A DNA stretch of 64,000 bases from Callorhinchus milii (GCF_018977255.1 NW_024704742.1:122948001-123012000); one strand, 5' to 3'. Numbered from the stretch's first letter, positions 49,260 through 63,245 are shown. Numbers and translations: made by a program. Notes: generated by a model not told the origin, from the sequence alone.

Positions 49260-52200
49260 CTTGTCCAAAAAAATTTTATTTACTAGAAAGACAAAACACC
49301 AAAATAGGTCCAAATTATGCTATAAAATGTTTCAAAACATGGGGTAAAAATCTTAATAATTAAAATATTTCGATATATTTAAAATTACAAAGGATACATT
49401 TAGCCAATTTTTTCAACCCCAGAGATTTATTTTTTAAAAATATTTGCTTGCACAGTAAGGTGCTAATAGACGTTAGCCCTTAAGCCCTGGAAGTCTTAGA
49501 AATTACAGTCACATAGCAAATATAGTTTCATTGTGAAAGTGTACTTTGGTAGAAGAAAAACTATAGGACACCTGAGGTAGTAGAAACTGGAATAAACAGC
49601 AGTAGACGTTATTTACAATTTAAGAAAGTACCAAATAACATAACAGGACCAGCACAAATAATTACATATTACATTTTCAGTCCAGCTCTGATCCAAAGAG
49701 ATAAGATTACATCACGTCGGCAAAAAATAAAAAAACACACAAAAAAAATCACAATTACAGCAAGCTGAGGGCAATGCAAACAATCTCAATTAAAATGCAA
49801 CTTGGTAATAAAAAAAGCATCAACTTATTAAACAAGCTAGATGCTGAGATCTATGACGTAATACTGATTAGCCGAGGTTCATCAGTTTAATGCTTCTGTC
49901 AGACACAGTGAAAATTTGACAAAAACATTTCCAGTATAAAATGGCAAGAGTGCATCATTTAAAGCTCAAGAAAAGAACACATTTTTTTAAAAAAAAACTT
50001 ATTGACTTGAAAGGATCACTGCAAAAATAGGATTCCAGGTGGTCAATAAATTAAGGAGTCACTGCTACAAACATATCTATACATATTTTAACTCTTTCAG
50101 CAATAACAGCACCTTTTTTAACCAGTTAGGAATGTGATACTTTTTTATATATAAATATAACGCACATGTTTTCAGGGCTTCACATTTTAATCAGTTTTTA
50201 AATGAAACATGGGGACCCAAACCCCTTAATATTTAAAAGCTATTTTCAATTTTTGTATTACCCATATATATCAATTTGACACTCAAATCCTTTATGAAAC
50301 ATGCCACACTTAAAAATGGATAACAGTGGTTCACAATTTATCACAACAGTAAGACGTATTGCTCAAAGAGTTAAAATCCCCACATTTAAATGTTTAAAAG
50401 ATGCAAGCTTTTACAGCTGATCACTTCTCAAAACACATCTAAAATAATTCGGTTCAACTGAAAAGTCAAAGCAAAAACCCTGTTCTTCAATACTAGAAGA
50501 ATGAATGTAGGTATATCAACATAGATTTGGCATAAGGATAGGTCAACTATCAGGATTTTGACTTTAAGAGGCAGGCCCTTTGATGTGATCTCTTTTGATC
50601 CTTTCATGTAACATTTTTCAGTCCGTTAGTGGCCTTTTGGACAATACTTCTTTTGATAAGAAAAACTCATTTGATGAAATTAAAAATTTGCCCACATTTC
50701 TATAAACAGGACTGCAGATAATTTTAAAAAAGGTTTCATGGCAGAGGACCTGCGACTTAATAGTGCAGGACAAGTTCCAAGTCTTCTCTCGTTCTTTGCT
50801 TCATAAAATAAGGTGATGGAAACAATAGCCATAAACTAGTAAAGCACCACACAATTTGATTACAAGCCCACTAACAACAACGAGGAACGGTTTCCCAGCT
50901 TACTGCATTAAATTACATATTCTACTTGCAAGCAGATATCAGTCAGTGACTACTAAAATTCAAGATCACTAATCCAAAAGGCAGTCCAGTCACACTAAAA
51001 TTATTAGAGAGTGCAATGAAAGCTGCAATGGAATAGGGAGACGACCAGTCTAAAGCAGGATGGAGTTAAGAAGGAGCTAGCCTTTCCCTGAAGGAAAACT
51101 GCAGATCAATCCTTGAATGTAAATAAGAGACTTCTTAAAAAAAGGTCGACAGTAAGACATTTTTGCAAAGATTTCAGAATCTTACAGCAGCAAACAAAAG
51201 TTCAACAGATAAATAATATTGTATTAAAGTTCAATAAAAAGGCTTCAAGACAGGGGGCAAATAAGACAGCAGCAGGTTTCATCTGGCATAGCTCCTGCTT
51301 AACATTCATCATCTGAACTAAGAGACTATACAGCAGTTGCTATTGAAATGTTCTGTAGAAAGGGCAGTGATCACTTTAGACATGTAAAGGTAATCTATTA
51401 CGTGCTTTACATGAGCTAGGACACATGTTCAATAAACTGTAAAAGCTTGCAAACAGTATTTTTTCAGGAACTTAACTCAAAACAGCTAAATTATGGCAAT
51501 TTATTTTATTTATTTTTTTACAAATACACGTTTTGAAAACAAGTTTCAAACTTAACCCTTCCCTGAAAATTAAACAAAGTAAGCGAGAAATGAACACCAC
51601 AGAATTTCCTTTCAATTACAACAGCAGCCAAAATGATCTGCAGAAAAATGGACAAGATACAGCGGCCTAAATTGCCCAATTAACTTTGAAGACTACTTTC
51701 TGGTTCACTGCCTTCCCCAACAAAATAACTTGATAATTACATAAGTTGGCGTCCATGAATATTAAAAAGTTTGGGTTCTAAAACCAGAAAAAAAGTTTTA
51801 CAGAATCATTTTGCTAACAGGTTTAACAGATAGGAGAGTCTGGTGATTTCAACAGGACATACCCTCAGTTTTACTTTAGAAATGCATGAACCATAAGCCA
51901 CATCCAGTGGCAATTTAACAGATATATAAAACAACAAAACCTTGTGGAGCATCTCAGCTGCGAGGATTTGCTGAAAAAGTGCTCTAACAGAAGAATGTTC
52001 TCACTTAATTGCCCCACAGCTTCTATCTGACAGACAAGCCCAAACCTACACCTCACTGCTGAGGACGAGTCTGGTCAATAAGAAGGCACAACTAGCAAGT
52101 AAGAACACCATATTTGCATACTGTTATAAGGTACAAATCCATGTGTGGCAGTCATACGTTGAGACACAGGATCATTTTGGCCTTTGTTGCTTTATGTAAG

Positions 52201-52304
52201 GCCAGTCATTTACACAGTTCTACAGTGCACCACGACACATCTTCAGGCATTTTGATTTTTTCAGTAGTTTCTTCAGCACAGCTTTCATTTGCCATGGGTA
52301 CCCG
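49260..52304 (-). other. MAP3K1: Probable MAP3K1 3' UTR (about 3 kb); AATAAA at 49275-49280 (minus)
   Basis: Repeat-free AT-rich region downstream of the stop, with miRNA seed matches and a poly(A) signal just before repeats resume. Confidence 0.65.
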
Positions 52305-52466
<162 letters not shown>

Positions 52467-52992
52467 TTAAAGAAATAAGATGCAAATTTTGAAATAAGTT
52501 TCCAATATGCATTACAGTCGTCATTAGCTTTAACCATTGTCACAAAAGTTGGTAGTTGGGGGGGAGGGAGTGGGGAGAGGCAAAATTCTGAAATGGTAAG
52601 GTTAAAACTGCCAACAACATTATCAATGTGGCTATTCTTGAGCCACTAAATAAAAACAATCCAATGGCAAAGTTACACAGTTATTTTATACTTTTGAGGG
52701 GATTCAAAAATAGATTGGATCTGGCCAGAGGTGTCTCCATTAGCAGATTGCACCAAATTGTATATTTGGCACAATTCGAAGAGAGATGGGAGTTTCTCCT
52801 TGTGTTCCGGCCAACAAATCCCCCAAATAAAATTGGCCACAAACTAGCAGCTGCATTTCATCCACAAAATACAGTCAATCCACTTTACAGTGTATCCTGT
52901 AAAGTGTTTTGAAACGTCTCAATGACACGATAAGGCAACATTGAATGCAAGGATTAATTACTATTGAATTTGATCTACTGGTATGTAAAGCT

Positions 52993-53307
52993 ATAATAAT
53001 AATAAATAATCTTTGCATTTTGATATAGCGCTTTTCACATCTTCTAAACTTCTCAAAGCGCTTCACAGGATACACTGTAAAGTGAATTGACTGTATATTT
53101 GTGGGCGAAACGCGGCAGCCAATTGCGCACAGCAGTGTCAATCCAGTCGTGGATTGAAAATGACCAATTTATTATTTTGTTTTTTGGAGGGATTATTATT
53201 AGGTGTGTGGAGTAAGGAAACTTGCCCAAGGTTTCGTCCCGTCTGGAATTGAACTCAAGTCTCTTGCTTGCAAGGCGAGTACTCTAACCACTGAGCTACA
53301 GGACTCC
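52993..53307 (-). mobile_element. Full-length tRNA-SINE, tail-to-tail with an older plus-strand SINE tail (about 52830-52960)
   Basis: Head ends 57 bp from the exon 19 donor. Confidence 0.88.
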
Positions 53308-53363
53308 ACAAAGCTGTATGCACTGCAAATTTGACTTGGATAATTTGACATCAATCCACCTAC

Positions 53364-53495
53364 CTTAAATATTAGAGCAAGATGATTGGAGTGCTTCTCT
53401 GCATTCCAAGGAGGCTTAGCGCAGGCCATCTCTATAACCACACAGCCAACACTCCATACGTCACAACTTCTGCCGTACTGTTGGCCGCGTAACAC
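53364..53495 (-). CDS. MAP3K1: MAP3K1 exon 19
   Basis: [18 protein letters not shown]...HLALIFK. Confidence 0.96.
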
Positions 53496-54467
53496 CTAAA
53501 CAATAATCACCACAGTAAGGAACTATAACAATGACTAATGTCAATTACTGCTGAGATCTAGTTTTGCATACAGCGTTATGAAGTAGACATTAAAACCAAT
53601 ACCAAATCCAGTTTCACAAATAATAAATGAAGCTAGACCAAGAATCAAAGCCAATGTGAAACAAGGCACATTCCTTAGAAAAATATAAATGAAACTATAA
53701 ATGCTGAAAATCTGAAATAAAAACAAAAACTAAGCATCTGAAAGAGAAAGTAGGTGGCTGTTTCAGATCTATTGCTTCATAAGAACTCTTTACTGAATGT
53801 CCAATTCATCACATTTCTGTTTTAAAGGAGTTGATCAGGAAGCTCTAATTTATGCTCTAACTACAGGGACTTTGGGTTTCCTGGAGTTTCGATTACCAAT
53901 TCACAAAGGTATCACCGAACGTCTGAAGCTGTGATTTCTTCGTACTTTTAATACACTGATAAAATTTCATGCCTCAATGCCTTGCATTCAACATAACTGA
54001 ATGCAAGATGGGTAAACTTCTCCTACCCCACCCCTAAAGTCTTCACAAACCAAAGATTTTGAAAATAAGATGGGACAAAAACAAACTTGTGATAATAATC
54101 TTGCAAGATTTGTTTCCGTATCGCCGTGGAATGGCACATGACTGCTACAGATGCCAACGGTGAAGAAATTAACCTAAAACATCCCAAGGAATACATCACC
54201 AATACAATGGAAGGTATGTGAAGGGGGAAAGGTGGGGGGCTGAGGAACTGTGACTGTGAAAGAGTACAGTTGCTGTCTGTGTGCCACTATCGCTTGCTTC
54301 TCAGCTACATCAAAAGCAACACTGGCAGAGATTGATTGTAGGTCAAGTCCTTCCTTTACATAAATTGAAGGCTGAACCCATTTTGTGTTGATAGGTGAAC
54401 TCCAGGCTTTTTTTGTTAGACTGAATAATTGAAGAGGTACAGAAATAGAACTTCCAAGTTTCATTCA

Positions 54468-54650
<183 letters not shown>

Positions 54651-54975
54651 TCAGCACAGCCTCGGCACGGGAGACGAATACCTTCCCCTAGTTACAGCCC
54701 CAAATATTCTAACAAATGGCACTTATACATTCCGAAGAGAACTCATTCCCTGACAACTGCAGGGAGGCATGTCTTCTTAAAAGTAGCAACCATGTCATTG
54801 GATCTGGTCTGCACTCAGTTCAAGGCTTCAAAACCAAAGGTCAGAGCAAGATCTTCCTCTAACTTCCCTGTGACAGCACCACAAAGCCTAGTTGCTCACA
54901 GCAGGGACTTCTCTCACTTCATCCATTTCTCTTTTGAAGTGCTTCGTATTTGGCCAAGGATCAAGGCATTTTTAC

Positions 54976-55107
54976 CTTTGATGTCCCGGTGGATGATTTG
55001 GTTCTCATGGAGATAAGCCAGGCCACGCAACAGCTGCTCAATATAATTAACAACAACTGGTTCCTTGAAAGCTCCGTACTTGTTCAGCAAATGAGAAACT
55101 GATCCAC
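54976..55107 (-). CDS. MAP3K1: MAP3K1 exon 17 (HRD)
   Basis: [13 protein letters not shown]...IIHRDIK. Confidence 0.96.
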
Positions 55108-56734
55108 CTGCAAACAAAAATTCAATGTAAATAGATTCTGAAATCGATCACAGAACCTGCCTATTATGACTATATCAATCAATTTAACCCTTAGAGTAAC
55201 AGCAGGTTCATAGAATCCCACCTATGGGTGCTCACAAGTTGTCAATTGCTCAGTGTAAAGAAATACTTCCTGATGCATGTCTGTCACAACCCCTGAAACT
55301 GCCCCTCTTGCTCTTGTTGTTCATTCACATTTTAATTTCTTGCATTATGACAGTGAAAAGATACTTGACATTACCATCTAAATTTATTTTTGTGCCTTCA
55401 TTTCAAAAGGTTGCAGTGACATGTTACTGTGTTTTTATTGCCTTAATCAAAAATAAGCCTGAAGATTGATCATCATGTCCCGTTCACCTATGATCCAAAA
55501 AGACCAGTCAGGATTGGGAGTAGGTTTGGGCAGCAAATGTGAATATACATCAAACACACCCAGGTAAAGACAGGGACACAGCAATTAATTACCAACAACA
55601 TGTCTGTGAAAAAAAAGGTTGTACCAGAACTACCAGAAGCCAAGTATGTATAGACACATCAGAAATTACTTATCATTGCTCCAGACATTGCCACTTGTAT
55701 AAAATAATACTGCATTTTATTTATAAAAGAATTATAAAACTCTAGGACAACCCATAGTCAGCTTCCATCTTATCCAATTAACCTTTGCAAGTGTTGCACA
55801 CCGTATGGTTTGGATGCAGTTTTCCCCATTAAAAGATCAAACTTGGGAGTTAAATAAGATGCTTGAAGAGGAAGCATATTAAAGGGTATGTGCAGGGAGC
55901 AGGGGAATGGAGAAAAACACTAAGGCAGAATTGATGAATCAAATGGCCCATTTCTGTGCAAAGCATCCCATCAAGCTGATATTTTAGTGGTTTAAGGCTA
56001 ATATATCAACAACAAAACAACAACAAAATTACATTTATAGAGCGCCTTTCACGTAGGGAGGACGTCCCAAAGTAATAAACGATAGTTAATGTTTTGGAAG
56101 CTTTAGTACTGTGATATATTTATTGTTTTTCAGCATCATGAGATGAAAACTGGTCCGTCCACAACAACACTAATTCTGCCTTTGTGTTTTTCTCCGTCCG
56201 CAGCTGGCAATCACAGTGTTAACTCATACAATTTCAAAAACTCAAACCGTTTCCTATCCTCCTCAATAGGAAACCTATCCTGTTTATCAAACTGAACCAT
56301 TTCATCTTTCAAATCCTCTGTTTACAGTGCATTCCCTTTTATTGATTTTCTTTTGACTGCTTTGTGGCTGTTCCATATCCTTTTTTAAAAAAAATGTTAA
56401 AAGCACAATGTTCCACCTAATTATTCTGAAACATGACTCAATTGTCTCGTGTTCAAAACCGGATTCAAGGAGTCAAAAGTAGAAAATATACTGAAGAATA
56501 ATGTTGTGCCTCTAGGATGTCTAACATACAATAGAGGAAGACAACACCCTTTTAGAACTTGGGTTAACTTGTAGTGGATTGAGGTGTGGAGTCGAACAAT
56601 GGCTTACCCAAAAATTTCAAAATCCACTAGATCTTTAAAACGCCTGTGGGCCGCAGGAAGTCAGGATGGTCAAGTTCCAGGTCATGAAGTCACTGTTGAT
56701 GTCACTTCCTTTATATAATCTGATGAGATCTTAC

Positions 56735-56897
56735 CTGCCATCCATTCAACAAACAAGTTATAGTTGCTCTTCTCGCAGGTGGCGCCCAGCATCCGAATGA
56801 TATTTGGGTGATTAAGATGGCTCATCATCCGGATTTCTTCCCGCAGCGTCTGCACAACTTCCTCTTGCTCAGATGACGTGTTCCTGATATAAGTCAC
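56735..56897 (-). CDS. MAP3K1: MAP3K1 exon 16
   Basis: [15 protein letters not shown]...NLFVEWMA. Confidence 0.96.
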
Positions 56898-57366
56898 CTG
56901 TTTCCGGGTCAATAAAGTATATTTAGAAGCATAGACTGACAATGCCTTAGATATTCATACAAATAGCTGACATATTGGGAGCTGTGCGTTGTTGGGGGGG
57001 GGGGGGGGGTAAAGAGATCAAGTGATCTTTTACTCTGATATACAGGCTGCCTCGTTCTGGTTTGGTTGTAGGAGACAGCAGTGAGATCTCAAGCAACAGT
57101 ATGAGCACTGAAACAGAACAGTAAACGGCTTTCAAGTCAGAAAAAGAACCAAGGAGTAAATCCAGTTTTCTTCCTTGGAACAACAAGTGTGAAATGGACC
57201 CAACTTGTGGTTGATAGTGATTTAATTTTGTGAGTTCCAACCTCCACAATCTCCAACTCATCCAAAATACTGCATCCGTTCTCTCTCCCTGTAAAAGCTG
57301 TGCACACCGATTTACTCCCCACCCCGCACCAGATTCCTCTGACTCCCAGTGGTTTTTGGACTTTTA

Positions 57367-57600
<234 letters not shown>

Positions 57601-58630
57601 TTAAATTATTACAAGCAAAAAGGTTTTATTGAGAATCAATTTTTATATTCAATTTGCATCCTAAAATTGATGCTCCTGCCAAACTAAACATATTAATTGG
57701 ATATGTATTAAACACAGCTAAAGTTGGCAGCTGAGCATGAACAAAAAGTTATAAATGAGCATACGTTTGACTATTTTTAAGAAACTATGTAAAGCATTTA
57801 TTAAGTTACATTTCAGATTAATGTGAACATGTCAACAATATTGGCAACAGACCTACACAGACGTGTAGATAAAACAAATTCAGTTTTCTCTTGGGATCTG
57901 AAAAAGTTTAGTTTTTGTAAAATACCAAAAGATATATATCAAAACATCTCCTCCATGGGTAACTATCCAACATGGTGTTGTTGACAAATTTCTCATATTA
58001 AACAGCCTGTTGGACATCAGACTATATTTTAACTGAAACATTAAACTGAATGTGCTACAACCCAGCACTTGACATAACTCATATGCATTCCCTTAGATCT
58101 ACCCCATTCCGAGGAAGGAAATGGCAATTTTGTCACCTTCCTTTGGTGGATTGTCAAGTTACTTTACCCTGCCTCCCAAGAAGCCTCAATTACTGCATTT
58201 CCCCAGAAAGCTATGAATTAGTGTGACACAAGGTGTTGCTGCTTCTATTCTCCTTAACTCCTGAAACTCAGTAAGTTTTCATCTCAAAACACCAGAGATC
58301 TTTTCACCCACAAAATACAGTCACTCCACTTTACAGTATATTCTGTGAAGTGCTTTGAGACACTGACTGATGATTAGAATTGAAAAACCCCTTTAGAAAT
58401 GAACACTTAACATTGCTGCTCTTGATTCCAACATGATTTTCAGTCCTCTATTATGGAATTACCTAACAAAACAGTTGTGTGTACAAGTGTGTGTATTTGT
58501 GTTTACATATATTATAACTTGTGGGGAGGGGAGGAGGAAAAAAATATTGCAGTTTATAAATAAAGACAAGGAAATAATAATGTGTGCAGAGGGAGAGAGG
58601 TCAGGAAGTGAAAATGAAGAAGACACTTAC

Positions 58631-59936
58631 ATCTAACTGAATGAGAATGACATCTTCTCCATTTTGAACCTGCAGTTGAAGAATAGCTGGCAAAGCGTCC
58701 TGAGATGCTGACATAGCTAAGACAATAGCTAATGCTTCTTCCTCCTCTGCTTCCAGTTTTTCCTTGCATTTCTGGTTCTGATTAACATCATCCTTGTAGG
58801 TACTGTCAGTTCCTGCTTGCTCTGGAGACAGTACAGCAACTTCAGATTTAAACGTCACTGTACTATCACACGTCGGTGTCGAAGGTTCCAGCAGGTCCTC
58901 CATACTGGAATTCAGCTCTGCAGAAGTATCCAGACGAAAGATATCCTCTACCGGAGTGAATGCAGTATCATCACTTGGAATAACTGCATTGTTACTGCAG
59001 TGGTCACCAAGTGTTAGCTCTTTCAGATCAAGCATCATAGTGCCTCTGGTTAAATCAACTGGTGACTTCCCTGCTTCATGCTGGCATGGCCGAGTTGCTT
59101 TTGGTCTGTGAAGTTGGCTGGATGGAGAGGGCCGTGCTTGGGTAAAAACCGGAGAGAGCTTTTCAGGTTCTTTGCCCCCAGAGGCCTCTATACAGCAGTT
59201 CTTTTGAATCTGAAGAGAAAACTTACGTTGTGTTTTTGGGGACGAGGATGCAAGCTTGCTAGGAACAAAACTCTGAGGTCTCAATTTGGAACCATCAGTA
59301 GCTGTGGATCCAGCTGAATGGCTTGAAGAAGGGGAAGGCAATGATGGGAATGAAGGTTGGGAATGATTTAATGATGATGCTGATGAAGAGTGATTGACAC
59401 ACTGACTCAGTGGTCGGGGGCGTGTCTGGATGGCTGTCTTTGGTTGCTCAGAGGACACTGGTGTGGCTGGAAGTCTTGCTGAAGAAATACTTCCTCGCCT
59501 CTCTCCCACATCTTCTTGGCGAACACCACCTCTGGTGTCACGGTCTGGACTAAGCCCTTTTACTGCTATTCCCGATAACTGCAATGCATTGACTAATGAG
59601 TTGTTTTCTGTAACATTTGGTGAGTTATGTGGTGCTGAGGGCTCTACAAATTCATCATGTCTGCCTTCAGTGGCATACATGTCATCCATCCCCAGCTGAA
59701 TAATCTCAAGGATGTCCATTTCCTCTGCGATAGCCATCAGGCGACGCCGCATCCGTGTGTAATGAGTTGAGCTGGTTACACTCAACATATCAATCAGTTT
59801 CATAAAAACATGAGGCACTCTTGTAACCATTCGTGCAGCACTGAGAAACACTCGGCGAGACATTTTTCCAACCATTGAATGGGAATTGTCAATGGACTGC
59901 AGTGCAAAGTTCAAGAGAGACAGTAGCTTCTTATAC
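58631..59936 (-). CDS. MAP3K1: MAP3K1 exon 14 (large exon)
   Basis: [24 protein letters not shown]...EDVILIQLD; open frame, ag/gtaagt. Confidence 0.96.
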
Positions 59937-60623
59937 CTAGATGAGAATAGAGAAATAAAAAATGGCACTTCCTTATCACTGCTCTCATAAAATAAACATA
60001 CATACATAAAGATTGCAGATGCCCCTAAATTACTTCCAAAAATTACACTCTGAAATCTGCCGATATCTTCCCTTCCATTCCCTTTGAGAAGGTATCCGTT
60101 CATACAACTTAAATTTACACAATTGAAGTTTTACAAACCTCTATTTAATACATCCTGCTGTAGGATCCATGAACCACTATCAACCAGCAAAACTATAGAT
60201 TAAATATCAGAAAATAAACTCTGAAATAAAGAATCCCAAGCTTAAACCCCTTGAAAAGGAAGTCAAGAAATATTGGCTACTTTTGTGTGGTCAGGCTCTT
60301 TCGCTTATAACAACACTGTCAGATAATGCAAACATACACAGACTTACGAAAGCAACACTGAAGTTTGTCTGGTTTTGTATTGAAAGATTGGATCAATTTT
60401 GTAATATTTCTTAACAGATCTCTTACTTAATAAATCTCTGAAGTCAATGACAGTGCCTCGAGGGAATGCCAACTCAATCTATTTGGTGATCCCCTCGAGC
60501 TGGAGTGATGATGGCAATGTACTTTGTTACTAGGCGTCTTCAGTTGTATTTTTTAAATAAGAAATTCATATAATTAACCCTACTGTATGATCAAAAGAAT
60601 ATAATTTAGAGGAAACAACAAAC

Positions 60624-60822
60624 CTTTCTACCACAAGGTCTGCTTGTGGAATTGGACCTTCACTACCAGAAACAATGTGAGGGTAGAACTCAGCAGGAAA
60701 TTCCAGTAACAATCTGTCAATAAGACACAGACGCCCAAGCAAAGCCTGCCAATTCATAGACTCTGTTGAAGTGCCCAGAATACAGCTTAAGACATAGTCA
60801 ACACCTCCAACTCCAATAGACC
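60624..60822 (-). CDS. MAP3K1: MAP3K1 exon 13
   Basis: [11 protein letters not shown]...[28 protein letters not shown]...VVE. Confidence 0.95.
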
Positions 60823-60854
60823 CTGTAAAAATAAACGGAAACAAACGGGTGTTA

Positions 60855-61050
60855 CATTTACATAGTTATATAGTGTTCAGCCCAACTAATCCATGCCGGT
60901 CCATACTCCAAATGAATCCCCCCACGCTCTTATTTCCCTCATCTATTCCCTATCTCATGTTTTCTCTTAAACAAATTGGATGCTATTTGCTTCAACCATA
61001 GCTTCTTGCAGTGAGTTCCATATGCTCATCACCCTCTGCGTGAAGAAGTT
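60855..61050 (-). mobile_element. CR1 3' end, degenerate
   Basis: NFFTQRV-like remnant (ctctgcgtgaagaagtt). Confidence 0.6.
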
Positions 61051-61284
61051 AAAACTCCCCCATAAGATCTACTACTGTGTCTAAATTTCAGTAAATACAT
61101 TCTACACCTACAATTTCTTTCATATAATCAGCAGTATGACCAAATGCACAAGAACTGCAGCGGACCCATGACGGAAATTGATGTCGACTGATCTAAAGCA
61201 AAAATAATTTCACATTGGCTATATGCATCATATGATATTGCATATGATGATTATTTTTCTCCTTCTTCCAATCTGTCCCATTGC

Positions 61285-61625
61285 TCCTCTCCTAAAGGAC
61301 ATGGGTTGACTGGAATATGGTTCCAAGAATATCAGTAGCCCTTTGAAACACCCACCAAGTATTAATTTCTCATTCTCACCAGTGTGTGATGGTGAAATCC
61401 CCTACAAGGGTCATAACATGTATTTGAAGCTGTCCTTACCCAATTTCCAGGTTAATCCACTTCTTGCAGTGCTTACTGTTCACCTGGCTAATCTTTTCCC
61501 CTCTCTAGTGCAGAAACAGTAAGGCCATATTGTATGCATCTTTATCATCCCAGCTGATATTAGCTCACTCAGCATGAAGCACATTTGGTACCTACATGAA
61601 GCTTATGCCACTTGCTACCGTCTGC
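61285..61625 (-). mobile_element. Ancient SINE (same family as 10600-10800)
   Basis: CCCAGCTGATATTAGCTCACTCAGC is the reverse complement of the 10676-10700 motif. Confidence 0.45.
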
Positions 61626-61910
61626 TCATACACAAAGCTTTAAGTTATGTTATTGGTAAGTTGATGAACCGCATTTTTTTCTTTCAGTGCAGGAAGCTAC
61701 AATAGCCATCATCTGGATCATTAGTTCATTCCAACATTACTTCCTGCTTTGCACATGAGCAAAGTTCAGCCATTCTATTAATGAATCTGTGCTATTGTGA
61801 AGTGTGTTATAATGGGGCTGCACTGTATCACAAACAACATTAAAATAGATGTTTACACAAAGATGCAGCACTAAATTTAAATTAATTGAAACAGCAATTC
61901 TGTAGCTTGC

Positions 61911-62002
61911 CTGATTTGAGAATCTCTCTGCCCACAGCAAGTTCTCCAGATTGGCCTTTGCACAGTTCCAGCAGTGTGGACACAGAGAGCTGACTTGTAC
62001 GG
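61911..62002 (-). CDS. MAP3K1: MAP3K1 exon 12 (GC donor)
   Basis: [30 protein letters not shown]+G|gcaagc. Confidence 0.9.
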
Positions 62003-62584
62003 CTGAAAATAAAATTAGAAAAAACAAACCTTGGTAACCATTCGCTTTTGGACATGCCTTTAAGTTAAAATACCATATTTATTACTTTCAACATAGTAAT
62101 CACATTTTACAGTAATTTATGCTCAAACTAGAACACAGATCTTCAGAGCTTTCCATCTATAAATTAGTTGCTAAATGGCTGCAAAATAATTTTCACAACT
62201 TTCTAAATGAGCAGAAGAGTACATTTTTACATTTATATTGCACCTTTTACAGTGGGAGGACATCTCAAAGTGCTTCACACAGCTGGCTGGCTAACCAGAC
62301 ACTTGGTTGTAGCCACTGAAATACTGGACCCAGCTAGCCACATTAAAATGGGGTTACTCTATATATGGGTATTCTCTGATAACCAAAAAACAAAGTGAGG
62401 GAAGTTTTAAAGCTGCTTTTAACTTCTTGAATATACTTAAAGTGAAATAAGGCTTATAAGTAGGATTTATTGTCGTGTAATCAAATGCAAAATGTAATCC
62501 ACCAAAAGCAGTCATTAACTTTGAAATTGAGATCTCAATTCCAGAAAGTGGTCAAAGTTTATAGATCTACGTATTGTTCATTAC

Positions 62585-62706
62585 CTGTTCGCATCTGCAC
62601 ATTTGACCAATATGGTTTCCACCACTGGCCTGAGAAGTCGCTGAAGTCGAGCTCTTTCTGCTACTGCATGACAAGGCGTATAGACCAGCATGGCTCTTAA
62701 CGTTTT
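62585..62706 (-). CDS. MAP3K1: MAP3K1 exon 11
   Basis: [40 protein letters not shown]. Confidence 0.93.
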
Positions 62707-63039
62707 CTACAAAAATAAAAAAAAATTCTCAGTAACATTTTATTTACCAAGTGTTTCAACTTTCTAATGCAATTTGTGTGAATGAACAAACCTAGTTTTG
62801 AAAATAATTTAACTACTATAACACCTGGTTCAAACCAACCTTTACCAACGTTTTGCAAATTATACTAACATATTAATTGTTTCAGTCAGCCTTTGATGCC
62901 AAATTTACCCACTAAAAGCTCTTGATAGTTTCAAATTTCCCCACAAAAATATCTGTAAATGAAATGGCAGTAAATAATGATCAATAGACTCTGGAAATAA
63001 TTTAAATATTTTTTTTCCATTTTTTAAAATTAAAGAAAT

Positions 63040-63245
63040 GATAATAATAATCAACGCATTTGGTATAGCATCTTATCACGTTGTTGAGAAGTCTCAAAGT
63101 GCTTCACAGGATTTTACTATGAAGTGTCGTGACTGTATTTAAAGGCAAACCTGGTAGCCAATTTGTGCACAACAATGTCTCACAAACAGCCATGAAGTGA
63201 ATGTCAATATTGAATTTTACTGAGCCATGAAGTGAATGACAATGA
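63040..63245 (-). mobile_element. SINE 3' half
   Basis: Reverse complement of SINE tail. Confidence 0.7.

Noticed and set aside
49573..49583. let-7 miRNA gene
   Set aside because: Only 11 nt match and no hairpin; better read as a target site on the opposite strand
59937..60103. N-terminal 55 aa of the 500-aa ORF
   Set aside because: Intronic read-through upstream of the exon 14 acceptor; MAP3K1 homology starts at RYKKLL
60500..60545. C/D snoRNA (GTGATGA box)
   Set aside because: Box is antisense to the host gene and has no properly placed D box or terminal stem
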